From Patescibacteria group bacterium (GTDB taxonomy: Bacteria > Patescibacteriota > Patescibacteriia > UBA11705 > DATKZF01), in NCBI GenBank assembly GCA_049319825.1, contig JBMORT010000009.1:67349-131348 (forward strand): 64,000 bases of DNA, read 5' to 3'. The position numbers and the translations under genes were made by a program. The notes below the pieces were generated by a model. The model did not search any database and was not told the DNA's origin. It saw only the letters and a program-made list of their open reading frames with translations. Shown one piece after another: positions 39,890 through 49,716 of this stretch (position 1 is its first letter; each line of letters starts with the position of its first letter).

Positions 39890-40765
39890 ATGAAACATCG
39901 ACTTTTCATCATGCCGTTTGATCATCGGACGTCTCTGGTTCGGGATATAATCGGCCATGATAAAATAAATTCCAGGCAGCGTCGGCAAATAGAGAAATTG
40001 AAATTTTTAATTTACCAAGCTTTCTTAAAAGTTTATAATGCTTATTCCAATAAAAGCGAGCTGTCGGTTTTGGTTGACGAACAATTCGGCGCGCGCATCC
40101 TGCGAGACGCGAAAAAAAGAGGCATACAAATCTGTGTGCCCGTGGAAGCCAGCGGTGAAAAAGAATTAAAATTCGAATACGGCAATGCATTTGGTCGGCA
40201 CATAAATAAATTTGCGCCGGATTACGTCAAGGTGCTGGTAAATTACAATCCGTTAAATAGAAAAATAAATCAGCGCCAGAGAAATAAGCTTAACAGGCTA
40301 TCGGATTTTTGTCGAAAAAATAATTATCACCTGCTATTGGAATTGTTGGTGCCGCCGACGGCGAAAGATCTTGAAATTTCCGGAACATTGGCCGGTTATG
40401 AGTCCAAATTAAAGATCAAGAGAACCGTTGACGCGATAAATGAAATTAAAAAAGCGGCCAAACCGGCTATATGGAAAATGGAAGGATTTTCCCGCGCCGG
40501 CTGGCAGAAAGTATTGAAAGCGTTACCGAAAAATCAGGCGGTAATTGTTCTGGGACGCGGAGAAGATGAGCCCAAAGTAAAAAAATGGTTGATTGCCGCC
40601 AGCGGGTTTGCGCGGATCATCGGATTCGCCGTCGGCCGAACAATATTTTTAAAATCACTAAAAAAATATTATTCGGGCAAAATGACAGAAGAGAGCTTCA
40701 TCAATAGGTTGAGCTTAAAATTCGGATCTTTCATAAGATTATGGAAGAAAAATGATAATAATTAA
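39890..40765 (+). CDS. hypothetical protein (possible aldolase-like/DUF2090-like fold)
   Basis: ORF only; assignment weak. Confidence 0.45.
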   Translation: MKHRLFIMPFDHRTSLVRDIIGHDKINSRQRRQIEKLKFLIYQAFLKVYNAYSNKSELSVLVDEQFGARILRDAKKRGIQICVPVEASGEKELKFEYGNAFGRHINKFAPDYVKVLVNYNPLNRKINQRQRNKLNRLSDFCRKNNYHLLLELLVPPTAKDLEISGTLAGYESKLKIKRTVDAINEIKKAAKPAIWKMEGFSRAGWQKVLKALPKNQAVIVLGRGEDEPKVKKWLIAASGFARIIGFAVGRTIFLKSLKKYYSGKMTEESFINRLSLKFGSFIRLWKKNDNN

Positions 40766-40777
40766 CTTACATAAATT

Positions 40778-41188
40778 ATGACAAAAAAAATTGTATCGCT
40801 GGCGATTGCCGTATCATGCGTCTTTCTTCTGGCCGCGTCATGTGAAGTGAGCACGGCCAATCTCTCCGACATCAAAATGTGCGACAACGCTCAGAGTTTG
40901 CAATGCGCGCAAGATGTAACCGAATTTACCACCACCACGCCGGTCATCTATTGCACCGCTGTCTTAAACAACGCGCCGGCAGGCACCACGGTTACCGCCA
41001 GTTGGTATTATTTGGACGAAGAGCTGGGTGGATTCATTGATTCAACGACGGTTGAATCGGAGGAAATGACTTCTGATTTACAGTTTTCTTTAACCAAACC
41101 GACCAATGATTGGCCAACCGGTCCGTATAAAGTCGAATTGCAAATCAACGGGCAGGGATTGGATATTAAAGAATTTTCCGTGAAATAA
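40778..41188 (+). CDS. small secreted protein/lipoprotein
   Basis: signal peptide with LLAASC lipobox-like end. Confidence 0.5.
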   Translation: MTKKIVSLAIAVSCVFLLAASCEVSTANLSDIKMCDNAQSLQCAQDVTEFTTTTPVIYCTAVLNNAPAGTTVTASWYYLDEELGGFIDSTTVESEEMTSDLQFSLTKPTNDWPTGPYKVELQINGQGLDIKEFSVK

Positions 41189-41404
41189 AGACTGATTGCG
41201 ATAGCCGCCATTTAAAGATTTTCGTCATTTGGACGAAAATCTTTTTATCAAGCGAACAGCGAGCGCCGACAGCAATGTTATTTGGGTAATCAACCATTAT
41301 GACTGTCGCGCTGCATTTTTATTCCAGATGATGCAAAGCTAGGTTAAAAAATTGCATAATGTTTACTTTTTCGCTAAATTCGACTAATATTATTATGTCA
41401 TGCA

Positions 41405-42991
41405 TTGTCATCAAATATGAAAAAAATCCTATTTATATTAATAATCGTCGCGGTTTTAATACTCGGCGGGTTCAGCCTGTTGACCGCCTTCGCCCAACCG
41501 ATCGAGCTGGAAAATCCCGTGGTTTTATTGACCGCGCCCTTGGGCGAGGTTTTTTATAGGATATCCGGTTTGTCGTATATTCCGGTCAGCGGTGAAATGA
41601 GGCTGGAAGCCGGGGATTGGGTTAAAACCAACCGCAATTCGAACGTTAAGATTGTTTTTTTCGACAGTCAGGAATTGGAGCTGGATCAAAACACCGAAAT
41701 TCAGATAACCGAAGCGCTGATCGATCAGCACTCGCCGTTTCTCACCAAAGTAAAAGTCAAGCTGACCGAGGGCCAAGTTTGGTCAAGAGTGCTTGAGCTG
41801 CTTCATCCGGACAGTTCATATCAAGTGGAAGCGGAAAACGTGGTGGCCACGGTGCGCGGCACATCGTTTAATATGAAAAACAGCGGCGGCGCGGTTAATG
41901 TTGATGTCTTTGAGAATGCCGTTTATCTTGGGGACGGTGAGCAACAGGTTACAGTGAATGAAAATCAAACAGCGTCGTATGATGATGTCAAAATTAGCGA
42001 TGAGCCAGCGGCGAAAGCAGCGCGCCGGCAACGCCAGCTTATCATTAAGCAAATCGATCCGAATCAAAGAGAAAATTATTGGGTAAAAAATAATTTAGAG
42101 AAAAATGCGTTGTTTAGGCAAAATTTAATTGATAAAAGAAAGAAAATACTCAGTCAAGTCCGACTGCCCGGTGATAAATTTTATAACATTAAACTGCTGG
42201 GCGAAAAACTTTCTTTGTTAACCGCCATGAATCCGGCCAAAAGGCAGGATATTAAGAATCGCATCTCGCTCGAGCGAATGCTGGAGGCGGAAAAGCTGCT
42301 TGATCAAAATAAAAAAACGGAAGCGCTTCGAATTTTAGATAATCTGGGCCCGGCTGCCGCGGCTTATCAAATTCAGCGTCTGCGCGCCATTGATCCCGAT
42401 TTTTTGACTAAATTTTCATCGGACGCGGAACTGCAGGATATTTATCGCGCCCACGTTTTTGGCGAGGGCGCGGTGCAATCATTGCTCGATCGCTGGCAAA
42501 GCATCAATCAGCGCTTATTGACCGCCGTTAGCTCCCAGCCGCTGTCCGACGAGGCGTCGGCATTGATAAACAAGGAATCGAATCAGCTCAAACAAGAGAT
42601 AAACGGCTTAACTCAGCGAGCCAAGGACGCGCTGATAGATTTGAATAGTTTTGATATCGGCGCCACCTTTCCCAGCCAGGATCAAACCGATAAATTTTTG
42701 GCTGATAATCAGCAAAGCAGAAAGCGAATTTTTAAAATTTTGGAAGATCTTGATGCGTTGGAGATTGAAAGAGAATACATTCAGCGACAAGCACTGGCAA
42801 TGGTCGGCTCGCCATCGGAGTCGTTCGCGAAAGAATTATTGGAACGCTGGGCATTGCTGCAGGCCGGTTTTTCAGCGGTACAAAAAGAATTATCTGCGGT
42901 TGAGGCCAAAATTTCCGATATTTCGGTGAATTTGATTGTTCCGGCCACGCCCGATAGCGAAATCAATTTATTAAACATAACTCCGGATTAA
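41405..42991 (+). CDS. membrane-anchored FecR-like domain protein with long coiled-coil region
   Basis: N-terminal TM; VATVRGTSFNM FecR-like strand; helical C-terminus. Confidence 0.5.
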   Translation: MSSNMKKILFILIIVAVLILGGFSLLTAFAQPIELENPVVLLTAPLGEVFYRISGLSYIPVSGEMRLEAGDWVKTNRNSNVKIVFFDSQELELDQNTEIQITEALIDQHSPFLTKVKVKLTEGQVWSRVLELLHPDSSYQVEAENVVATVRGTSFNMKNSGGAVNVDVFENAVYLGDGEQQVTVNENQTASYDDVKISDEPAAKAARRQRQLIIKQIDPNQRENYWVKNNLEKNALFRQNLIDKRKKILSQVRLPGDKFYNIKLLGEKLSLLTAMNPAKRQDIKNRISLERMLEAEKLLDQNKKTEALRILDNLGPAAAAYQIQRLRAIDPDFLTKFSSDAELQDIYRAHVFGEGAVQSLLDRWQSINQRLLTAVSSQPLSDEASALINKESNQLKQEINGLTQRAKDALIDLNSFDIGATFPSQDQTDKFLADNQQSRKRIFKILEDLDALEIEREYIQRQALAMVGSPSESFAKELLERWALLQAGFSAVQKELSAVEAKISDISVNLIVPATPDSEINLLNITPD

Positions 42992-44976
42992 TGGGTAAAA
43001 ACATGGCAAAAATTTCGGCGATATTTTTGGCAATACTGGGAGGTATTGCTTTTGTTTATTTTTTATTTCATTTTCGGTTTTTCTGGCTCTTTGACCGCCA
43101 GCTGACGGATAAGCTGTTTATTTCGGAAAAAATTTCCAATCAAGTGGTGATTATCGGCATTGATGATCACAGCATCGAGGAATTAGGCCAATGGCCTTTC
43201 AGCCGGCGGCAGCACGCTCGGCTAATTGAAAAATTGGAGCGCGGCGGCGCCCTGGCCATTGGCTATGATGTCACGTTCAGCGAACGCAGCGCCGATGATC
43301 AGCTTTTGTTTTCGACAATTTTTAATTATGATAATTTGGTGTTTCCGATGGAAGGAACAATCAGAGTCCGCGAGGGTGATGTCCCGGTGTTTAAGAAAAC
43401 GCTATGGCCGATCGCGGAAATTAAAGATAAATTCAGGATCGGCCATACGGTGCTGGTGCCGGATTTGGATGGCATTGTGCGCCAAGCGCCTTTTTATATT
43501 GCCGAAAACGGCAGCAAAGTCCCGCCGTTTTTTATTCAGGTAATCAAGCAGGCCGGACAATGGTCGGGGATCGAAGGCGTTAATCCTTATCAATATCAAT
43601 ACAGCGATTTGGGGTTGTTCCGAATATTTTTTTTCGGACCCAAACAAACTTTCCGCACGTACTCGTTTGCTAGCGTGCTTGAAAATGATTTTAATCTTGA
43701 TCTGGTTAAGGACAAAATTGTGCTGGTCGGCGCGACCGCCAAAAATCTTCATGACGAGTATTTTGTCCCGCCGTCAAACGGCACGGCCATGCCGGGCGTG
43801 GAAATTCAGGCGAATTTGATCGAGGGATATCGTCAAAATCGATTTTTAAAAAATATTGGAAATGAAGCCGATTATTTTTTGCATCTGCTGATGCTCGGTT
43901 TGATTTTCGGCATCCTGCTGAATTTATCGCGGCCGCGCTATATCGCTTTGTGGCTGTCCGGCGCAATGCTTGTCTATTTGCTGATGGTGGCCTGGCTGTT
44001 TTCCATCGGCTATATCGTGCCGGTTTTTTATCCGCTGCTATTAATGATAATAATAGCGGTTTTTAATCTGATTGTTCGTTATTTTTTTGAGATCCGCGAA
44101 AAGAATAAAATTCGGCAGGGATTTTCGCAATACGTGGCCAAAGAGGTGGTCGATCAGCTGATTAAAAATCCGGAAAAGCTAAACCTTGGCGGTGAACGAA
44201 AAAAGCTGACTGTTTTATTTTCTGACATCAGATCATTTACCTCACTTGCCGAATCGATGCCGCCGGAAAGGTTGGTGGACTTGCTAAATGACTATTTGTC
44301 GGCGATGGGCGAAGCGGTGATTGAAAATAACGGAGTTATTGACAAATTCATTGGAGACGCTATCATGGCTTTCTGGGGAGCGCCGCTTGATAATCCTCGG
44401 CAAGAAACAGACGCGCTCAGAACAGCCCTTTACATGGCCGAGCGGCTGAAGGTTTTTAACGAAAAAAACGCCGGTCTTGGCCGGCCGGAATTAAAGATCG
44501 GTATTGGCATAAACACCGGCGATGTGATTGTCGGCAATATCGGCTCTAAAAAAAGATTTGATTACACGGCTATCGGCGATGAAGTGAATTTGGCGTCGCG
44601 GCTGGAAAGCCTGACTAAATTTTACGGTGTTCAAATTATTGCCTCGGCCAAGACCAAACAGATGGTTGACGCCGAATTTCTATGGCGATATTTGGATACG
44701 GTGGCGGTGGCCGGGAAAAGTGAAGGCGTAAAAATTTATCAATTAATGGGGGTTAATAGGCAGAATGATCGGCGCGTCCAATTTATTAGAACTTTTGAAC
44801 GGGCGGCCAATATTTATCTGGGAGGCCGATTTTTAGAGGCCAGCTATGTTTTTGAAGGAATAATTAAAGAGTATCCCGATGATCAGCCGACCGCAATTTA
44901 TCTGGAGCGCATCGACCAATATTTAAAAAATCCGCCTAATGATTTTGACGGCGTATTCAGGGCAGGATTTAAATAA
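42991..44976 (+). CDS. adenylate/guanylate cyclase with CHASE2 sensor domain
   Basis: N-terminal TM plus periplasmic CHASE2-like region plus TM cluster; class III cyclase core (KLTVLFSDIRSFTSLAE, KFIGDAIMAFWGAP, GINTGDVIVGNIGS). Confidence 0.85.
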   Translation: MGKNMAKISAIFLAILGGIAFVYFLFHFRFFWLFDRQLTDKLFISEKISNQVVIIGIDDHSIEELGQWPFSRRQHARLIEKLERGGALAIGYDVTFSERSADDQLLFSTIFNYDNLVFPMEGTIRVREGDVPVFKKTLWPIAEIKDKFRIGHTVLVPDLDGIVRQAPFYIAENGSKVPPFFIQVIKQAGQWSGIEGVNPYQYQYSDLGLFRIFFFGPKQTFRTYSFASVLENDFNLDLVKDKIVLVGATAKNLHDEYFVPPSNGTAMPGVEIQANLIEGYRQNRFLKNIGNEADYFLHLLMLGLIFGILLNLSRPRYIALWLSGAMLVYLLMVAWLFSIGYIVPVFYPLLLMIIIAVFNLIVRYFFEIREKNKIRQGFSQYVAKEVVDQLIKNPEKLNLGGERKKLTVLFSDIRSFTSLAESMPPERLVDLLNDYLSAMGEAVIENNGVIDKFIGDAIMAFWGAPLDNPRQETDALRTALYMAERLKVFNEKNAGLGRPELKIGIGINTGDVIVGNIGSKKRFDYTAIGDEVNLASRLESLTKFYGVQIIASAKTKQMVDAEFLWRYLDTVAVAGKSEGVKIYQLMGVNRQNDRRVQFIRTFERAANIYLGGRFLEASYVFEGIIKEYPDDQPTAIYLERIDQYLKNPPNDFDGVFRAGFK

Positions 44977-45054
44977 CACAGGCTAGACATGGTGTTTAAA
45001 TCGAGTGTATAATTATTTTTATATAGGCGACCGTTGACAAAAGGAGGCTGCCCA

Positions 45055-45798
45055 ATGGGGGATCGCGGATCAAATGGCGTTTTTCCCAGTGAAAAATGGA
45101 GAATCGTGCGGGATATTTGGACCAGCGCGCAGGTGAAGCTGCCCAAGGTGATGCGCTGGAAGAAATATTTTGACCATTTCGGCGATATTCGACGGCAGGA
45201 TTGCCTTCAGCATTCCTATGCCATCGGTTTTATCGCCGACGCGGCTATTTTAATGCTGGCGCCGTTCATCAGGCTTGATTCGCATTTGCTTTTGACCGCG
45301 TTTCAGGTGCATGACATCGGCGAAGGAGAGCTGGGTCGAGACGTGGTGCTGAGCCTTAAAAACAAATATGCCGACGATGATTTGAACGAATACTTGGCTT
45401 TCATCGAACGCTATCGATCGTTACCGACAGCTGTTTTTGATCATTATAATCGGGCTTTTTTGCTGCAGTATTGTTTAGAGCTGGATAAGCATCAAGGTTT
45501 CCCCATCGAGGCGCAGTGCGTGATGGCGGAATTGGCGGAAACGAAAAGATACGAAGCCTTGGCCTTTCACGCCATTGAAATTTGGGATTATTTGCTTTAC
45601 GCGTTGGAGCAATATCAAACAGTGGAAAATGGGTACATTTTGCATATCGTTATTTCCGGCCATTTCGATCAATACGAAAAGTTGTGTTTGGAATTGCCCG
45701 GGTTCGAACATGTTTTTTGGACCGCGGATGTCAGGGCTTGGTGCCTGCGTTTTCTGCGCGAACACCCCCCGTGTCCTTGCGGCGGTTATCTGAGCTGA
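45055..45798 (+). CDS. HD-domain hydrolase (YfbR-like)
   Basis: ATG after AAGGAGG; LQHSYAIGF and FQVHDIGEGELGRD metal-binding motifs. Confidence 0.55.
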   Translation: MGDRGSNGVFPSEKWRIVRDIWTSAQVKLPKVMRWKKYFDHFGDIRRQDCLQHSYAIGFIADAAILMLAPFIRLDSHLLLTAFQVHDIGEGELGRDVVLSLKNKYADDDLNEYLAFIERYRSLPTAVFDHYNRAFLLQYCLELDKHQGFPIEAQCVMAELAETKRYEALAFHAIEIWDYLLYALEQYQTVENGYILHIVISGHFDQYEKLCLELPGFEHVFWTADVRAWCLRFLREHPPCPCGGYLS

Positions 45799-45819
45799 AT
45801 TCATAGATTCAGCTTTTTT
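45794..45819 (+). terminator. rho-independent terminator
   Basis: gctgaa-tcatagat-ttcagc plus T6 overlapping the stop. Confidence 0.5.
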
Positions 45820-45902
45820 ATTAAAAAAAATATCGAGAGACTCTGGGTAATTTCCGGCGTGGCCGCAGTAAAAGAAAACCGGTAGCGTGCGCCGGTTTAT
45901 GT

Positions 45903-46154
45903 TTAAATGATTGTCTGCCCCAAGTACCATTGAATTTTTTGGCTGAATTTCATTCGAAAATCTGTGTATAAAAGATTCATCTCTGAAAAATTTTCGCAGA
46001 TGAAAAGTGTTTCCCCAAGGCCGAAATCCACGCCGCAAACCACGCTGTCGCCATTGGAAAGATGTGGAAAATAAAGCGGTTTGTTTTCCGGAAATGTCAG
46101 CGGTGTTAATGTCAGCACGGCAATTAAATCTTTTTTCAGCCCAGCCTTTTTCAT
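45903..46154 (-). CDS. hypothetical small protein
   Basis: GGAGGTG immediately upstream of the ATG; 83 aa. Confidence 0.3.
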   Translation of the reverse strand: MKKAGLKKDLIAVLTLTPLTFPENKPLYFPHLSNGDSVVCGVDFGLGETLFICENFSEMNLLYTDFRMKFSQKIQWYLGQTII

Positions 46155-46292
46155 GCCACCTCCAGCAGAATCACATTATCAATTTTACAAAAAATATTTG
46201 CGTTTGTCGACGGAAATATTAATTGTTTAGTGATAATTCGCTTTTTAAGGCTAAATTATGTTATGATGAAATAAGTTGATTAATTCTATCAT

Positions 46293-47069
46293 ATGCAAAA
46301 AATTCACATTTCCGGTTCGGAAAATGACCGGATAAAACAATTAAAAAAATTAAATCAAAAAAAATTTCGTCAGAAATCCGGGATGTTTTTTATAGAAAAT
46401 TTAAAAACAGCGCATGACGCGGCCAAATCCGGCATTTTACCGATCCAAATTTTTGTGACCGAGGAATTTGAAGAAAGAAATAAAAAAGAAGTTGATTTTA
46501 TTTTAAAAAAATCTGGGGTCAAAGAAATATACGCGATGTCCCCAAAGGTGAACCGTAAATTTTCCAATTTGGACACGCCGGCCGGATTCGCGGCCGTTTA
46601 TAAAAATTTGAATGCGGTTATCAATTTATCAAAACCGGTAATTTATCTGAACGCCATCAGTGATCCGGGCAATTTGGGCACAATGCTGCGGTCGGCTTTG
46701 GCGTTCGGCATCGACAACGTGGTTTTGGATGAAGAATGCGCTGATTTGTATAATTTTAAGACATTGAGCGCGGCCAAAGACTCTTTTTTCAAATTGCGAA
46801 TTGAATATGATCATGGCGCCAAATTGCTGAAAGTCATCAAAAAGCAAATGCCTGTTTACGCCACAAAAAAATCAGGCGGCCAAAGCCCGGATTTCCTTCG
46901 AAAGCAAAAAAAAATCGCGATTATTTTAGGAAATGAATCGCTCGGAGTCGATAAAAATTTATTGAAAATGGCCGATGGCTTCATTACCATAAAAACCAGC
47001 GGACGAGTGGAGTCGCTTAACGTCGCCGCGGCGGCAGCCATTATTTTTTATGAGATTTTCCAATCATAG
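46293..47069 (+). CDS. TrmH/SpoU-family RNA 2'-O-methyltransferase
   Basis: GNLGTMLRSALAFG, ILGNESLGV, ESLNVAAAAAI motifs. Confidence 0.85.
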   Translation: MQKIHISGSENDRIKQLKKLNQKKFRQKSGMFFIENLKTAHDAAKSGILPIQIFVTEEFEERNKKEVDFILKKSGVKEIYAMSPKVNRKFSNLDTPAGFAAVYKNLNAVINLSKPVIYLNAISDPGNLGTMLRSALAFGIDNVVLDEECADLYNFKTLSAAKDSFFKLRIEYDHGAKLLKVIKKQMPVYATKKSGGQSPDFLRKQKKIAIILGNESLGVDKNLLKMADGFITIKTSGRVESLNVAAAAAIIFYEIFQS

Positions 47070-48012
47070 CGTGTTAATCGATTTTTGGCGTTACATTAAA
47101 AAACCGGCATATCAGTGTCGGCCAGTCGCCAAAGGCGCCAGGCGCGCGATTTGGGATGTTTTACGGTTATGGTCTTTATTGTTAGTGATATCCATGCTGG
47201 TTGGGGCGATTGTCACTGTTTTATTAATGGCGGCCGGATATAGTGAAGAAAATCACGCGGTAGTGGATTTAATGATCAATCAGCCGATTTATGTTTTAGT
47301 GCTATTGGCGATAATCTGGGCGCCACTGGCCGAGGAATTGACTTTTCGACTGCCGCTGAAATATTCGCCGTTTCGATTCGGTTTTGGGCTGGCATTTATT
47401 GTCGTACTGGTTATCAATCTACTGGCGATAATTTGGCCGCCGGTTACGGATTTGATCCCTTGGCTTTATCCCGATTCAAGAATAGTCGATTTGCTGATCG
47501 GCGTTGGCATAATCGCCGTGATCGGCTGCACCGTCGGCTGGATACTCAAGAAAAAAACGTCAATGAACGCCTTTAACGACTTCTATTCGAACAAATTCAT
47601 TTGGTTGTTTTATGGCAGCGCCTTGATATTTGGCGTGCTGCATCTGGCTAACTACGCCCGACTGGACCAAATCTGGTATCTGACGCCGCTGCTGATATTT
47701 CCGCAAGTGATGCTGGGATTGGTGCTGGGATACGTGCGCATGAGATATGGCTTGGGGTGGGCAATGCTGAATCATCTCATCCATAATGCTTTATTGGTCA
47801 TTCCGGCTGTTTTGTTCAGCATGTTATCGGCGGATTTGGTTAAAAGCCTTGAATACGGTGAGACCGTTGATTTGGGAAATATCGCGGGCCATGATCTGGC
47901 GATATTATCGCTGATTGGCTGGGGGGCGATGGTTTCTGGAATTATCGTATTGATTCTATTGATAAATTTGATTTGGGAGGCAAGCAGGGAAGCCAGGAAA
48001 ATTAAAAGTTAA
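47050..48012 (+). CDS. CPBP-family (CAAX) intramembrane metalloprotease
   Basis: EELTFR motif (LAEELTFRLP), FGVLH, HxxxN-like (HLIHN) motifs; multiple TM helices. Confidence 0.75.
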   Translation: MRFSNHSVLIDFWRYIKKPAYQCRPVAKGARRAIWDVLRLWSLLLVISMLVGAIVTVLLMAAGYSEENHAVVDLMINQPIYVLVLLAIIWAPLAEELTFRLPLKYSPFRFGFGLAFIVVLVINLLAIIWPPVTDLIPWLYPDSRIVDLLIGVGIIAVIGCTVGWILKKKTSMNAFNDFYSNKFIWLFYGSALIFGVLHLANYARLDQIWYLTPLLIFPQVMLGLVLGYVRMRYGLGWAMLNHLIHNALLVIPAVLFSMLSADLVKSLEYGETVDLGNIAGHDLAILSLIGWGAMVSGIIVLILLINLIWEASREARKIKS

Positions 48013-48037
48013 TCAAGTTTTTATTTAATGGTGTATT

Positions 48038-48063
48038 AAAAAATCCCCATTAGGGGATTTTTT
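48038..48063. terminator. bidirectional rho-independent terminator
   Basis: aaatcccc-atta-ggggattt with flanking A/T runs. Confidence 0.6.
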
Positions 48064-48068
48064 ATATC

Positions 48069-48230
48069 TTAGAATCTTTTCGGTTTGCTTTTTTTGTAGC
48101 ACTCTTTGCAAAAAAGCGGACGAGTGCCATCTGGCTGAAACGGAAGCTCGGTAATTTTTGCTCCGCATTCCGAGCACTCCCAGTCTCCCTGGTACATTTG
48201 ACGTGAACCAAAATCATTTTGGTCTGCCAT
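48069..48230 (-). CDS. 53-aa zinc-ribbon miniprotein (MADQNDFGSRQMYQGDWECSECGAKITELPFQPDGTRPLFCKECYKKSKPKRF)
   Basis: CxxC...17 aa...CxxC pair; terminator directly downstream; not in ORF track (<60 aa). Confidence 0.45.
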   Translation of the reverse strand: MADQNDFGSRQMYQGDWECSECGAKITELPFQPDGTRPLFCKECYKKSKPKRF

Positions 48231-48419
48231 GTGGTTGTTGTTTTGATAAACTTAGCGATAAATACGACTTAATGAAAGTTAATTTGATTGTAAGTTCTAC
48301 AAAACTTTTAATTGTTATGAATTCATTTTAGCGCATTAAAGCGATTTTGTCAATATGTTGACTATTTTTAGCATCTTTGATATGATTTGTTAAGTCTAAT
48401 GGCGAAAAATGGAGGAAGC

Positions 48420-48740
48420 ATGAACTTTAGCGCGGAAGAGACCGGGTTTATAAGAGCCAGCGGATTGGCGTGCGATGGCACGGCACAGTCACTTATTGCC
48501 AATTATGGCAGAACAATAGTGTTTGTCGCTCGACCCGGTGATGCGTTTATTATCATTGGCATAATCACCGGAGTGGAAGTTCGCATTGGACACGGTTTGC
48601 CGAAAATTCGTCTGGAGATCAGCAATAAAGAGCTTGCGGGAAATCAGATCAAATGTCTGGAGTATCAAAGCGGCCCAAATTGGCTGCTGGTCGGTGAATA
48701 CACGTATTACATCCCCGGAATGCTATCGATATCTTTTTAA
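48420..48740 (+). CDS. hypothetical protein
   Basis: ATG directly after GGAGGA. Confidence 0.45.
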   Translation: MNFSAEETGFIRASGLACDGTAQSLIANYGRTIVFVARPGDAFIIIGIITGVEVRIGHGLPKIRLEISNKELAGNQIKCLEYQSGPNWLLVGEYTYYIPGMLSISF

Positions 48741-48865
48741 ACCAAAGCAATGCTTTGGTTTTTTGTCGGCAGATTGTTGATGATAATTTTATATAAATTT
48801 TATATATTTTTTATAAAATATGTTATAATATAAATCATATAAATATCGTTACAAAGGAGGGTGTA

Positions 48866-49675
48866 ATGACTGGGGCCAGGAAAGTGCCGTTTGCGCACCA
48901 AGACACCCAGCCTCCGGAAGAAATTTCAGCAGCGGCAGTGGAGGCTGGTGTGCGACACCGATCATCGAGACTTCTTGTTTTGGGACAAATCGCCTTTGAA
49001 GTGGCACATCAGCTCAATAATTGTCTCACCGGAATTTGTGGCGGCTTATATTGTTTGGAATCGGAAGCGGCAGATCCGCTTCTCAGGCAAGAATTGCGAT
49101 TTCTCAAGGAATCGGCTGAGAGAGCAATCAATTTGACTCAGGGAATCAATGAATTTGGACGGAAAAAAACGCAAACGTCAAAGCTGATTGACGTAAATGC
49201 GGTGATTTCCGATGTGATCAGATTTTTCCGGCAAATTTTCGCTGAATCAATAATGCTGAGCTATACGGTTGATGGCCAATTCACCATTTGGGCTGATCAA
49301 TGCCAGATCTTTGAAATGATGCTGAATATTTTGATCAACGCCTATGACGCTGTCCGGAATAATCAGGAAAAAAACAGGCAAATTTCGATTCATGTCAGCG
49401 CTTTGAGGCTGGAAAGAGGTTTGATTAATTCTCCCCGCAGTCGCGAAGGCAATTTTGTGAAAATTGCCATCTCGGATAATGGTTGCGGAATTTCAAAGGA
49501 AGATTTGCCTAAAATATTCGACGCATATTTTACCACCAAGGGAGATTTTGGTAGCGGGCTTGGCCTCAAAATCGTCAAAGAAATTATCGAGACTCATCAT
49601 GGCTGGATTGATGCGGAGAGCGATCCTGATGAGGGAACCACTTTTTCCGTGTTTTTCCCTGCGGAAATTCGATGA
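48866..49675 (+). CDS. cytoplasmic sensor histidine kinase (HisKA + HATPase_c, no sensor domain)
   Basis: H-box EVAHQLNNCLTGI; N, G1, G2 boxes (DNGCGI, GSGLGL); AAGGAGGG RBS. Confidence 0.85.
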   Translation: MTGARKVPFAHQDTQPPEEISAAAVEAGVRHRSSRLLVLGQIAFEVAHQLNNCLTGICGGLYCLESEAADPLLRQELRFLKESAERAINLTQGINEFGRKKTQTSKLIDVNAVISDVIRFFRQIFAESIMLSYTVDGQFTIWADQCQIFEMMLNILINAYDAVRNNQEKNRQISIHVSALRLERGLINSPRSREGNFVKIAISDNGCGISKEDLPKIFDAYFTTKGDFGSGLGLKIVKEIIETHHGWIDAESDPDEGTTFSVFFPAEIR

Positions 49676-49677
49676 AA

Positions 49678-49704
49678 GGTGTTTATTCAATAAACACCTT
49701 TTAT
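49678..49704 (+). terminator. hairpin/terminator between histidine kinase and HypF-like gene
   Basis: ggtgtttat-tca-ataaacacc 9-bp stem plus TTTTAT. Confidence 0.45.
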
Positions 49705-49716
49705 ATTTGGGTCAAT

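Noticed and set aside
45475-46038. 187-aa minus-strand ORF
   Set aside because: It overlaps the 3' end of the HD-domain gene on the opposite strand and crosses a terminator. It has no RBS and its composition looks like antisense translation.
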